Source: Chrysomallon squamiferum (taxonomy: Eukaryota; Animalia; Mollusca). From it: a stretch of 64,000 nt of DNA. Below are positions 27,663 through 42,412 of the stretch, in pieces. The notes under the pieces were generated by a model. The model was given only the letters and a program-made list of their open reading frames with translations, made no database searches and was not told the DNA's origin. Location: positions 30,442,001 to 30,506,000 of the forward strand of contig CM022679.1 of assembly GCA_012295275.1 (NCBI GenBank), written 5' to 3'. The position numbers and the translations under genes are program-made. Position 1 is the first letter of the stretch; each line of letters opens with the position of its first letter.

Positions 27663-28252
27663 GTAATAATAATAATAATAATAATAATCATAAAGTAAAA
27701 AAGAAAAAGAAAAAAATACAATAAAAGATAAAATTAAAAGTTGTACAGTTCAACACAGACTCAATTATAGAAATCAATTTTAGTTGTGTTTGTACAACGG
27801 ACTGTTTTTTTAATCGCCTTCTTATAAAGTCGAGTACGTTGTCGAATGAAAGCAAACATCGTTTTACTTTTTTACGTCTTCTCGAGATAGCGACGTCGTT
27901 ATGACGTATGTTTACATCTTCGTACGGCTGGCGTGTCAAGGGATAAGTACGATGTCGTAGAAGAAATTTCAATATTTATGCATCTAAAAAGCGAATATCG
28001 CAAACAAAATGGCAATTTATTGAAGACTTGTTCGGCTGTGTAGTTTTTTTACCCCATCAATAATAACGTTTTTTTCTGCTGTTGTACGTTTTGTAGTGTA
28101 TGACGCATTTCCGGGAAACTAAAACGAGGCTAAACAAAGCAAAGCGATTTTTTGAAAAATTAGTTTTTAAAATGTTATTTCCTACTCCTAGATATCTTTA
28201 TAATTGAATGTACTTTTTTGTCACTTCTGATGTTACGGGTCTTTGTATTTTT

Positions 28253-28345
<93 letters not shown>

Positions 28346-28667
28346 AACCGAAATCAAAAGCAGCATAGCGTGAAATACATTACGAAATTATCTAATTATT
28401 AGTTTTGTTTTTACCTGTCTAAAATTAACATCAAAAGAGTCCTAAAATAGAAAACCGGAATACATTTCAAGGAATACGTTTTATTCGGGAATGAGTTGTG
28501 ACGTCACGGAAATGCTTCCAATTACCAGAAAGCCAAATCTACAGACGGTGGCTGGTCACACAGAACTGTACAATTAAATAAACAAAACGTAGCAAAATAT
28601 AGAATTCAAATATAGAATCAGTGGTAATATAGATCTGTCAAAAATGAATAAAAGCTACATAGAGTGA

Positions 28668-29090
<423 letters not shown>

Positions 29091-29320
29091 AATATTTTGC
29101 AGATTATTAGAAGCAGCACAAACACTGTAATAGTAATAATAAGAGTGGTGTAGTAGTAACAGCTGTTGTGGTTGAATTACTGGAAGTAACAGGAGAACTG
29201 GTGTAAGAGAAACTGTATATCGCTTGTTGTAAAACGAGGAAGCAACGAAGTGGACGTGGTGGTAGAAGTAACAACAGTAAGTGTGTTGTAGTTAGTAGAC
29301 AAACTGAAGACAGATAGAAT

Positions 29321-29431
<111 letters not shown>

Positions 29432-29479
29432 AAGGAAAAAGAAGAAGAGGAAGAAGAAAACGTAGAATAAGGAGAAGAA

Positions 29480-29514
<35 letters not shown>

Positions 29515-29979
29515 AGAAGGAATTAAAGAAAATGGAAAAGCTGTGCTGAACGTGGTTGGAATAGGAAATAACTGATCTGCCCCAGCTGAGATTTCTCGAA
29601 CTCGCAGCCTCTTACTCCTCGCTACAAACTCTGCACAGATACGAAACGTTCCGCCCTGGTGATGTAAAAGTGCAATGAACTTTCTCGCTAGCTATGATTT
29701 CAAGATAACAATCCTATATAAATTTTTTATTTTTTTTTATTTTATTCGCGGACTGACAGCAAACTTGACTTGCCCACGCAACAGTGTGATGCGCTGTGGG
29801 AATTCACTGACAAAAATCAGTTTGTATTAAAGATTTTTTTTTTTTCGTTCTGCTTCCCTTGGCTCGACAGAGTATCGTACATTTCAATCGTCCTGTCAAA
29901 GAAGTGGGCAAATATATCAACAAACACTTTCGCAGTTAATATTTACCCATTTTATTTCGGGAATGATGAACAACAACGG

Positions 29980-30019
<40 letters not shown>

Positions 30020-30506
30020 TTATCCTTCGTGATCAATGTATACGGACTTATTTTTGGAGTTACGTAATAACGGAAATAGCCGAGGTTTTCTCAGGCGGTG
30101 TTTACCGAGTTATTTTTGTCTTCTTGCAACAACGGAATGGTCCGATCTTTTATAATCGGTGCTTGTAAGCTTCGCTTTGCTTTCCGTCACCAGCGGAAAC
30201 AGCCGAACATGAGGCGGCTTTTCATGCTGCCATTGATTTGCGTCAGAACAGCTTCCAAAAAAAAAAATACTTTAGTGGAAACGAAATTTAATAAAAAAAA
30301 AAAAAAAAAAAAAAAATCTTCATTAACTTTATTGGTGTATTGGCGTGGTGTTTTTTTCACTTTGTGTTTAGTTTCAAATGCTTTGATCTTCACCGTCACT
30401 TATTAAATTTTCCACACAAAATATCATCCACGAAACAGACTGGTACGCACAAGGTACTCGGTTCGCATCTAGACGCCGACACACTTTTTAAATTACAGTG
30501 ATCACG

Positions 30507-30612
<106 letters not shown>

Positions 30613-32106
30613 GTCTCTCTCTGTCTCTCTGACTGTCTCTCTCTGTCTGTCTGTTTGTCTTTCTGACAGGCATATCTATCGCGATCTTTTTTTTTAAACT
30701 GATGAAAAGTTTGCTATTAAAAATTTCAGAAAAGTTAGTTAATTTACATATTTTTCCCATTCCAGAAAGTACTCCATTTTTTTTTTTTTTTTTTTTTTTA
30801 CTCTTCATCCTCAATCTATCTGACCACCGATTTTTTACAGTTACCATTAATATCGAAGTTACAGGCTATAGCAAGAAAGGGATAATCCTGCTTCGTCCAT
30901 TATTTCAATAATTATCTTAGTAATTCACGCGTTTTCTAAATTTGTGGGTCACATACATCATTCTTATTATCGAACAGTTACTGCAGTCAGAGGATCTCAT
31001 TGACTTTTCTGTTGGTCTTTGTTATCACAGACGTCTGCTAATGTTTACATTGCCTGGTTGTCTGATCAACGCTTCAGGAAAGAAACTTTTAAAATGAGGT
31101 TTACCGAAATGTGCCGGGTACTAACGGAAACAGTCGAATTCAAATAAAGCAAATATGTTTCGACTGTTTATCGATTTGAGGAAATATTTACATATCTCTG
31201 TGTCTGTCTGTCTGTCTGTCTGTCTGTCTTTCTATCTGTTAATTGTTCAGTTTATATGTTATTTGTAAAATAAAATAATGTGAAATGAAAGAAAGAATGA
31301 AAAATAAATGAATGTAAAAAATTTACAACAAATTTTTAAATAAAATAATTAAAAAAAAAGAAGTGTGAATGAATTAAAAGTAAATTACATAAATAAAGGC
31401 TAAAAGTTGATAACAAATTTATTAAATCATTAAATTTACAATCGACTCACTGCCTCACACTAATCTCTCATTATTATTATTATTTTTTTTTTTCTAAGAC
31501 GCTTGCCAAAATCTAGTTCTGCTGGAAATTTCTGCAGAATCTGTAAATCGTTACTTTAATTTACCACGTGTAAACACGCCTTTAGCCACTAGCTGCATTG
31601 TTTATACGTGTGATCGTTGCTCGCAGCCATTTCGTTTGTAACATCTGCTAATTTATAATTGGGAATTAGAATCTTCTTGACGTAAATTCCAAATTAACAA
31701 GACATTCTGGCAATAAGTTTTGTCAATAGTAATGTACCGTAACTAAACATACGAGTGCGCTTGTACTAAATCCTATTAGGCGGAACACCGAGCGAACGTC
31801 AGTGTAGCAAGTTCGCGCCAAAATCGTCTGTCAACTTGTGTAAACCTCGTGTTGAAGAAGAGCTGGCGCTTTCGCAGCCAGCCAGTGAGGGCGAGGATAA
31901 AAACCCACACTGTTATGTATTTGTTTATCTTCACTTCACTCACAGAGAGAGAGAGAAAAAGTTAAGCAAACAAAGCTTTAGTCTTTCCCCCATCTATTAT
32001 GTTGCAGTTAAAAAAAAAAAAAAAAATATAAAAAAAAATATATATATATATAAAACGAATAAAAAAAAAAAATATGCATGAGTAATTCTCTATTGTTGCT
32101 GTTGTT

Positions 32107-32162
<56 letters not shown>

Positions 32163-32541
32163 TTTTCCTCTTTATGTTTATTTTAATGTTTTCCCTTTTC
32201 GAAATATCGTCCATTGCGTCATGTGTCACTTGTCCGATGATATAATGGGACGGATTCGCAGACGGGACGCGCAAACACAGCGCGGGATAAGTCAACACCA
32301 CCCGGTTTGAGTCCCGGATAACAACTCTCTAAATACCAGCGTAACAAAAACAGCAGATTACCTCGCGGTTTACAGTCTTTGCAAGAAGGCATTCGCTAGA
32401 TTAGATAGAGAAATTAAAAAAAAAAAAAAAAGAAAAAGAAGGGAGAATACGAATGAATGAATGAATGAATGAATGAATGAATGAATGAATGAAAAAATAG
32501 TAACGATAACAACATCAACAACAACAACAATAATAATAATA

Positions 32542-32573
<32 letters not shown>

Positions 32574-33828
32574 CAGCAGTAATAGTAATAAATAATAGTA
32601 GTAGTAGCGGTGGTAGTAGAAGTAGTAGTAGTAGTAGTAGTAATAGTAATTATCACTATTATCATTATCCTCATCATCATCATGATTATCATCATCATCG
32701 TTTAAGAAAAAGACAACAACGGTATTATGCTGGGAAGTGAAAAGAGTACCAAGGAGGATTCGATCCTAGGACATATGGACTCTTACTGCCTTGTAATCGC
32801 TTCTGAACCGAAATAGAAAAGTTTAATTTCAAATGTGATACTTTGAGTGATTATTCTAACTGTGTTTTATCTGCCCTGTCAGAATGGATTGTGCTGTTTA
32901 GATTAAGTGCAAAAGGGTGAAGACTGCAAGAACGGATCTTGAATATTACAAGGGAAATTCTTAAAGGTTCTGATTATGGAAAAAGTAAATTTAATACTCA
33001 GAATTTTGGTGAACCTCTCTCTCTCTCTCTCTCTCTCTCTAGCTCTCTGAATCATGAGTGAGATGGTGAGAAAACAATACGAATAGAAAGATAAAGACAC
33101 AGAAACCCAGTAACACCAGAAACAGAAAACTTTGTTTCAAACCCGAGTCACTTAATAAAAAAAAAAAATAACTCTTCTTCTACACGGGTGGCTTTACACA
33201 CCAGCCTAAATAAACGTTTGTGTCACCAGAACCTTTTAATTAAATCCCGTGTCTAGTTTTACACACCGAGGTATAACTTTTCTTTTAATTGATATTACGA
33301 CGGACAACGTTGCAGTGGGTTTTACATTTATTTCAAACCCGCGATAGAATTTCGTTAACAGTTGATTTTTTGTTGCTGGTTTTTTTTAAAGTTTTCTTCT
33401 CTAGACGTCTGTAATGGGGCCGATGTAAAGAAGACTCAGCTGACTGAAATGTGTGTCGAATTGAATTCGCTGTATTGGCGTTTGTAGGATTGTTATTTTT
33501 GTGTTGTTCTTTTCTAAACTCTAACTGTGTGTATTTATCGCTTCCCTTTTCTCTCCCTCATTTCCTTTTTTTTGTCTACCAAATCCAATTTTTCTTTCTC
33601 TTTCTTATATATATATATCTATATATATATCTATATATTCTCTTTTGCTTTTCTATACGTTTTCGTTAACCCATTTCAGTCGTCTTGTTTTTCCTCATAT
33701 CTCCCTTACTTGATCTCATTTCATTGTCTTATTCAATGGCTCAGTTTCATGACCCCTCTCCCTCTCTCTCTCTCTGTCTGTGTCTCTCTCTCTCTCTCTC
33801 TTTCTCCCACTCTCTCTCTCTCTGTCTG

Positions 33829-33946
<118 letters not shown>

Positions 33947-34858
33947 CCTCTCTCTCCCTCCCTCCCTCCCTCCCTCAATCTCACATACGCACACACAAAT
34001 CGCAACAACATAATAGCCGGATTGTTTAAGCAATCTGTTACAGAAAGGATTTTCTCCGTTCGTCTGTCAGATAAGATTTTCTATTCTTGTTTTAATTGTT
34101 TTGTTTGTATCTCTGGCTTTGCATATATATATATATGCCTCTCTGTCTGTCTGTCTGTTTGTCTGACTGCGTGGGTGCCTAGGTAAGTACGTACAGTCAT
34201 TGTTTCCTTGTGTCTGCAAGAATAACTATCTTTACACGAATGTCAACAAGCAAATTAGTCGCCTAGTTAAAATTACTTTGTTTTGTTTCAACTTTTTGGT
34301 TTCATACATTAAATTATTTTGCACGTCGCACATTCATTAAATCATATCAGATTATAATCAACGGGTATACTTATGAAATGATGTTAAGTAATAATTAAAG
34401 TCTTGGCTACGACTTATTTCCATCTAGGACGTTTCTGAAATAAAATGTTACGTTGCTAATGAGAGCTGTTTTTGGAAGACGGCGACTGTTGCGTGTTAAA
34501 ACGACTGCTCTGAACGAAGCTGCAGAGTAAGAGTTCTTGCGATCTCGAAACACACTTACAACTTTCAGTTCAACTGAAATAAATAGAAACACGAACTGAA
34601 CTATCTGTACTTTGTGACTTGCTTGCAGTTCTGTCTGTTTTTCTTTGTTTTTTTTTGTTTGTTTTATTTTTGTTGTTTTATTTCCACCCATTGTTTGCTA
34701 GGATGTATCTGTTTCTTACGTTTTTTTTTGATTCTTGGTCAGATATTTTCTGTATCTTATTTTTTCAATCTTTCTGGAGCTTTTTTTCATTTTTTATTTT
34801 TTTTTATGTTTCATTTGTTTTTGTCTTCGTCTTGATTATCTTTTGATTACATTCTCTC

Positions 34859-34965
<107 letters not shown>

Positions 34966-34984
34966 TCCCTCTCCCTATCCCTCT

Positions 34985-35068
<84 letters not shown>

Positions 35069-35327
35069 CTCTCTCTCATTCTTTCCCCTTCCTCTAACAC
35101 ACTTTCAGTATCGCTGTGAAGTAAAGCTATTTTGAGTACATCAAAGACGTGCTCTGAACTTTAGACATGTTCATTCTTCGACCTGAATGGTTCAGCACAT
35201 CAGTTAGCCTTGGAATGGTTTCTCAGCTGAGGCGCACACAATTCAGTGCTTTCAAACCACAGCCGACTGGTCTCGAGGTCTAATCTCAACAGCGATCATT
35301 CTATTAAAACTTGTTAAAGTAATAAAC

Positions 35328-35422
<95 letters not shown>

Positions 35423-36065
35423 GTCTTATTACACCGACTTCCCGCTGTTTATTCACCACAAAAATAGACATCCCAGTTATATGAAAGAATTCGAAAACGA
35501 TGCTTAGATATTCTGGGAAAAAGGAACAGATCACTTAAAGTCCCTTCACAAGGCCTTTCATAAAAAAAAAAAAAAAAAACACATAAATTATTGAGTCTAG
35601 AAAGGTTGGAAAGGGATATTGAATAGTGGTCAAACTAATAAAAGTCTGAAATCCCAGAAATAAATCTTGATTTGCAAATGGAACCAATAATTTTTTTTTT
35701 TTTTTTTTTTTTTTTGATACTGCCATAAGATTTAAAATTTGGTCTAAAACTCCTTTTTTCCCCTTAAAAAAAAAAAAAAAAAAAAAAAAAACGCTTCAGT
35801 AAGCGAAACAGAATCAGTTGAACTATTACAGAAAATTAGTATCTGCTGTTAATAATTAAACAAGCCTGTAGTATGTGATTGATTGTCTGAAGAGATCCAC
35901 CGAGGAGGATCGATCGCTTGAGCCGCAGGGCCCAGACACGTCTGTTCAGATCAGACATTCATCATCGCTACCTACATCGTTTTAATAAGACAAATGTAAA
36001 ACTAGCGTCGTAGGCGTATTTCACATCATTTTGTCGTTCGATATTACTGTACATCAAATACAGAC

Positions 36066-36163
<98 letters not shown>

Positions 36164-36809
36164 AGGGAGGGAGGAGAGAGAGAGAGAGAGAGAAAGAAAG
36201 AAAGAGAGAGATTGAGAGAGACAGAGAAAGAGCGAGAGATCCAGAGAGAAAGAGAGAGAGATACAGAGAGAAAGCGATACAGAGAGAGATACAGAGAGAG
36301 AGACCCAGTGACCTATATATACAAGTATATCTGACACCAGTTAGATTCAGAGTGAAATAGAGAGAAAAAGAGAGCGAGAGAGAAAGAGAAAAAGAGGAAA
36401 CATGAACAGAGGGATCGATAGATGTAAACAAAAAAAGCACAGAGAGAGAGAGAGAGACAGAGAGAGAGAGAGACAGACAGAAAAAGAGAGAGATAGTGAG
36501 AGAACACTACCTATAAATATATATGCATGTACATATCTGACACCAGTTAGTTTTAAAAATTCGCGACATTCATAACATTAAAAAAAAAAAAAAAAAAAAA
36601 ATATTCTTTCCATTGAACTCCAGGACGACACAAACAGAACGTGGGAGTGGGGGGAAGGCAGAGGAGGAAACCACTCCCTTCGGTTGTGTGAGTCTGCCGC
36701 TGATCACAGCAGAAAGAAAGAAAAAGAAAGAAAAAAAATGCCAGTAACGCGCGCTGTTTCGCTGTACGCGCGAATGGTCAAATGGTTCGGCTAATAATTG
36801 CATTAACCA

Positions 36810-36965
36810 AACTACTCACGTCACTCGACTTGTGACACGCCCTCGCGTTGGCCACGCCCCCAGGAATTTCATTCACATATATAATAAAAGGTATGATGAT
36901 ATTAAGTTGAAGAGTGGGAAGGAAATAAAACAAGGCTGCCGTTGCCACTTTCCCACGTGACTCAT
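36810..36965 (+). promoter_or_regulatory. Candidate promoter of the TSP1-serine protease gene
   Basis: CpG-rich unique island about 0.5 kb upstream of the first coding exon. CRE-like CACGTCA near 36817, Sp/KLF box GCCACGCCC 36851-36859, TATA-like TATATAA 36878-36884, overlapping E-box/AP-1 CACGTGACTCA 36954-36964. Motif matches only. Confidence 0.4.
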
Positions 36966-37241
36966 AGCGAAAAAAGAAAAAGTCGAGTACAAACACTCAG
37001 CTTTGTTTTTATTTTTTATATATATATATATGTATATGTATATGTATATGTATATATAAAGTGAAATTTTTACATTGTAGAGGAAGTGAAGAAGAAAAGA
37101 AAAGAAAAAGAAAAAGAAAAGAAAAAAATATACAAGGATTTGCTTTCCGGCATTTTTTTAAAAAAAAAAAAAAAAGAAAAAAGAAAAGAATTGTTAAATA
37201 CTGAACTATGAATACAAATATACGACTTTTAAAGTTATATC

Positions 37242-37279
<38 letters not shown>

Positions 37280-37423
37280 AGTAAATACTACATCGTAGTT
37301 CAAGAGGTGTTTAGACGTCAGCGCTGTAGTAAACATGACAGCCGTGTTCGTGAGTACGTAGCCGAGGCCGTTGCTGATGCTGATGCTGATGACGACGACC
37401 ATGATGATGATGCTGACGGCTGA

Positions 37424-37558
37424 ATGCGGTTTGTGAAGGAGGCAGGGTTGTTGCTAGGAAGTACTCGGGCTGCCAGTATGAGGAAAAGCGACGCGTGGAA
37501 TGCAGCTGTGCTTGTGTTCTGTACAACGTCAGTTCTGGGCAGCACGCAGAAGAGTCAG
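37424..37558 (+). CDS. TSP1-repeat trypsin-like serine protease, probable exon 1 (signal peptide); start at ATG 37424 or ATG 37478
   Basis: From 37478, MRKSDAWNAAVLVFCTTSVLG|STQKSQ resembles a signal peptide. Donor CAG|gtatgt at 37559 is phase 0 and matches the phase-0 acceptor of the TSP1 exon. Linkage across the 11-kb intron is inferred. Confidence 0.62.
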
Positions 37559-37873
37559 GTATGTAGTTACGTTACATCCGTCTGTGCGTGCGTATGTGCG
37601 TGCGTGTGTGCGTGCGTGCGTGCGTGTGTGTGTGTGTGTCTCTCTCTCTCTCTCTCTCCGTGCGTCTGTGTTTCTTCCACTTTCTTTATCCAATTCGTTT
37701 TACTACTTCTCTCTGTGTGTTTTTCTGTTCTGTTTTTTAAATAACCCTGTTGCTAACACTATCTTTATCAGTTTCGTTTTATTGCTTTCGGTGTCTTCAT
37801 TTCTTTCTGTGAGTATCGGAATCGTTTTTTTTTGTTGTTGTTTTTATCTCGCTCCGTTTTCTCTCTCTCTCTG

Positions 37874-37947
<74 letters not shown>

Positions 37948-37954
37948 TTTGTCT

Positions 37955-37991
<37 letters not shown>

Positions 37992-38682
37992 GCAGAGCGC
38001 AACGCATTTATGTTCATTAAAGCTGTGGATTGTGTGTGTATATGAAACGCAATGGGTCATAAACGTCTAGGAATCTCAGAATGAGATGATTTATGGGTGT
38101 GTAAAAGATAATATGATCAGCTAGTGATATTTTTAATTTTCGCGTTTAACCACTGGCCCCTTTCAAAAATAATTGGCTTGTAAAACGGTTGATATAAATT
38201 AGATACGGATGACGTTAGGAAGATTGTATGTCATGTCGTGTGTGTGTGTGGTGTGTGTGTGTATGTGTGTGTGTGGTGTGTGTGTGTATGTGTGTGTGTG
38301 TGGTGTGTGTGTTTGTGCGTGTGTGTGTGGTGTGTGTGTGTGTGTGTGAGTATGTATATATGAATCAATATTTGTGTGTGTGTATGTATGTATATACGTA
38401 TGTGTATTTACACACGTATTCATATGTATGTGTGTATATACATCTATTGTATGTGTGTGCATAAGTATGTGTACACGTGTGTATATTTGTATTTATATAT
38501 GTGTATGTGTGGATGTGTGTATATAGATAGGTATGTAGGTAGTATGTATTCATGTTTCCATGTATGTATGTATGGATGTATGTTTGTTGATATGTATAAT
38601 GTAGAAGAGTAAATGAATAAACTAAGAAGTGTTTAGACAAAAATAAAAAATATGAAGAACAAAATAATAATATCATCATAAT

Positions 38683-38713
<31 letters not shown>

Positions 38714-38812
38714 CAGAGAGAGAGACAGAGAAAGAGAGATAGATAGAGAGATAGACAGAGACAGAGAGAGACAGAGAAAGAGAGATAGAGAAATAGAGAG
38801 AGAGATAGAGAA

Positions 38813-38845
<33 letters not shown>

Positions 38846-38893
38846 CAGAGAACGAGAGATAGAGACAGAGAGAGACAGAAAGAGGGACAGAAA

Positions 38894-38990
<97 letters not shown>

Positions 38991-39744
38991 AATACCCCAC
39001 AGCTAAACCTCTTATTTATGAAGCGTCTCTGTGACGTGCGGGTTAAAGTCACTCATCTGAGAATCTGGTGAAGTTTTGATAATCTGAGTCTGCACAGACT
39101 ATTTACATCCTCGCTCACTTCACACGCTGGTTCACTGGCGAGGTTCAATGTCCGGTGAACTATCTGTCAATACGGCCTCGATAACAAGTCGACTAGACGT
39201 CTGCATCACGTTCACTTGCAACCCAATTTATCAAGACTAAGCCGTGTCTCTTTTTATACAGAGCTCTTAAAGAGCGAGTAATCTACCTTGATCTGTTCTT
39301 TTTGTAGCTGACTAAGACTTCCGCACGTGGATGTGCAGAGAATAATATCTGTTTTATTTTAGTTTTATGTTGTTTTCTTCCTTCGTTTTTTTTATTTTTA
39401 TATCTTTTATTATTATGATTATTATTAATTTTTTTACATATATTCTTTGTTACTTTCTTTCTGTTAAAGAGAGAGAAAAAAATTCAGTTAAAGTCATACG
39501 TAAATATATACTCCTTACCTATCTATAAACACAATTATAGACAGAAATTATCGGTTCAGCATTTATAAATATGTATAATAATGTGTGTGTATGTATATGT
39601 GTGTGAGATAAATATATCTTGTTCTGTTTTAAACATGAAGCAGAATTTTACATTTTTCGTCATAATGTAACTGTAAATTGTTTTTCAGTCTTAACTGCAT
39701 TTTCTTCGTCCTCTTCTTCTCTTTCTCTCATTCTGACACACTCA

Positions 39745-39825
<81 letters not shown>

Positions 39826-41717
39826 GTGTCTCTCTCTGTCGTTCTCTCTCTCCCTGTCTGTCTGTCTGTCTGTCTGTCTGTATGTCTGTCTTTCTCTCTC
39901 TCTTTCATTTTTCTAAATGAATTTCCATCCTTTCCAACTGTTTAATTGTTCAGTCAATATCTATGCTGTGAATATTGTATTGACCATTTTTTCTCATTTT
40001 TTTGGCTAAACACTAAAAGATCGATGGAAACCAAAAGTAGTTGCTAATAGAATTTTCGCCGTATTTTGCGTAAGACCATTTTCTGTGAAGGGCCCTGAAG
40101 GTATATTAGAGATAACGTAACTTTCCGTAGCAGAAACAGGATTTCACTGAAGAATTTAAAAAAAAATATATTTAATTTTACAGTTCACTGTAGAAAGCAG
40201 AAACACGTAAAAGCAACAACATAAAAAGTAACATACAGTCAACATACAAACATACAAAAAAAAAAAAAAACCCAACTTTTTACACTTTTCGTGGGAGACA
40301 GTCACATTTCTTTATTCTTACGTGCTTGCACCTCATTTCCACCTGAATCTTCATCTTTTCTGCTTTCGCAACGTTACATCGTTGAAAGTCAGTTTCTATT
40401 TTAGTTGAAGACATTTAAACTGTAAGAAAATCTGGTGCAGCAGTCTTTTACCAGGGCGGGTCAAAATATTTTAGCGGGTCAATCCGGAAAAAAAATGAAT
40501 GTCAAATACTTAGCGCCATAGCTTTGGCTTTCTGTTCGCGGATCTGTGCTTGTTAGAAAGATGAATTTCTTTCTAATTTGTTAATTGCTATGGAAGACGA
40601 GGCGTTCTGTTAACTGCTGATGCTTCAAAAGGTGCATTCAGACGATATAATGCTAAAGAACAAACCACAAGACAATTATAGGCACACACTCTATTATAAT
40701 AACAGATATTAATAAATATATTAAAAAATAAGTAAATAAATAATAATAAAGATAAAAATAAAAACAAATAAATAAACGAAAACCATTTAAAAATCATTCA
40801 TAAACAAAATTATTCTAAGATTTAGATATATATATGTACGTGAGTGTGTATGTATGTAAGTATTTCGTATGTACGTATTTGTGTGTATGTGCATACGTAC
40901 GTACGTATGTATTTATGAAATATACATTCATTTGTAAACATGCTTATGTATATATTTATTTACATAAGACAAAAAAAAAAAAAAAAAAAAATTATTTACT
41001 TAGAATTTCTTTCTCATAAAACAGCAAAAAGATCTCGAGTAATAAAAAACATATTTATTTAAAAATTAGGCTATCGCAAACCGAATCATTTTATTTTATT
41101 TTTTATTTTTTTATTTTTATGTATATACTATAAAATAAAGGAGAAAGAAAATGAGCCTCATGTTGAGAGAGCGAGTTCTGAGATAGGATTAATGCAAATA
41201 ACATATGTTCCTTTAACTTCCGAGCCAAATTGGTGCTTCCTTCCTTTTCGCAGAGTATAGTACCTAGACCTATGACAGAGGAAGTAGGTATATGAACGAG
41301 GAAAAGAAATATTTTCGAAATCAGTTAATTAACCTACATTTTTGCTTGTTTTTGTCTGTAACTGCGCTTTCAATGCGGGAGCTATTTATAGCCGATTTCT
41401 CTGTTGTAAACAAAGGTAGTCAAGAAGTACAAAGCTTCATTAAAAAAAAAAAAAAAAAAAAAAAACTAGGAAAGCTAAAAAATAAAAAAAAATTAAAATT
41501 AAAAAATTAAAAGAGGAAAGAAAAAAATGATAAAAATAATTTGGTTAAATAAATAAATATGTGAATAAAATTTAAAAAATATTGGCAAATAATCAAATAA
41601 GACATCCACTAAAAAAAAAAAAAAAATAGAAATAAATAAAATAGAAATACAAATAAAGAAATAAGACATCCCCTAAAATAAGTTTTTTTGAAATTTAGGT
41701 AATATACAACCACAACG

Positions 41718-41922
41718 ATGACTATTATTATTGCTATTACTACTACTACTGCCACCATCACTACATCTACAGTGTCTTTTAAACACAACTGTGGTACTAC
41801 TACTACTGCTACTACTGCTACTACTACTACTACTGCTGCTTTTACTACTAGTACTACTACTGCCACTACCACAACATCTACAGTGTCTTTTAAACACAAC
41901 TGTGGTACTACTACTACTGCTG

Positions 41923-41955
<33 letters not shown>

Positions 41956-42028
41956 GTACTGTTTCTGCCTCTACCACTAGTAGTAGTAGTAGTAGTAGTA
42001 TTTTTGTAAGTCAAGCACTACCACAGCA

Positions 42029-42071
<43 letters not shown>

Positions 42072-42281
42072 AAATAAACGTCTACCCTGACTTTATTATT
42101 GCCACCAGTGTTACGACGACTACCACCACACTTCTACTACTATTACAAATTACTACTACTACTACTACTACTACTACCACTACTACTACTACCACTGCTA
42201 CTACTACTACTACTACTATTACAAATTACTACTACTACTACTACTACAAAAATTACTACTACTACAACTACAACAACAACA

Positions 42282-42321
<40 letters not shown>

Positions 42322-42412
42322 TTACAAATTACTACACTACCTTTTTCAAAATTTTCTACTACTGCTACTACTACTACTACTACTACACCACCACTACCAC
42401 CACTACCACTCT
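41718..42412. repeat. Compound (ACT)n array with a 111-bp-period internal duplication
   Basis: acatctacagtgtcttttaaacacaactgtggtactactactactgct occurs at about 41763 and about 41874. Confidence 0.88.

Noticed and set aside
32753-32815. B-box-like GGATCGAATCC on the minus strand
   Set aside because: No convincing A-box or tRNA-like stems; too degenerate to call.
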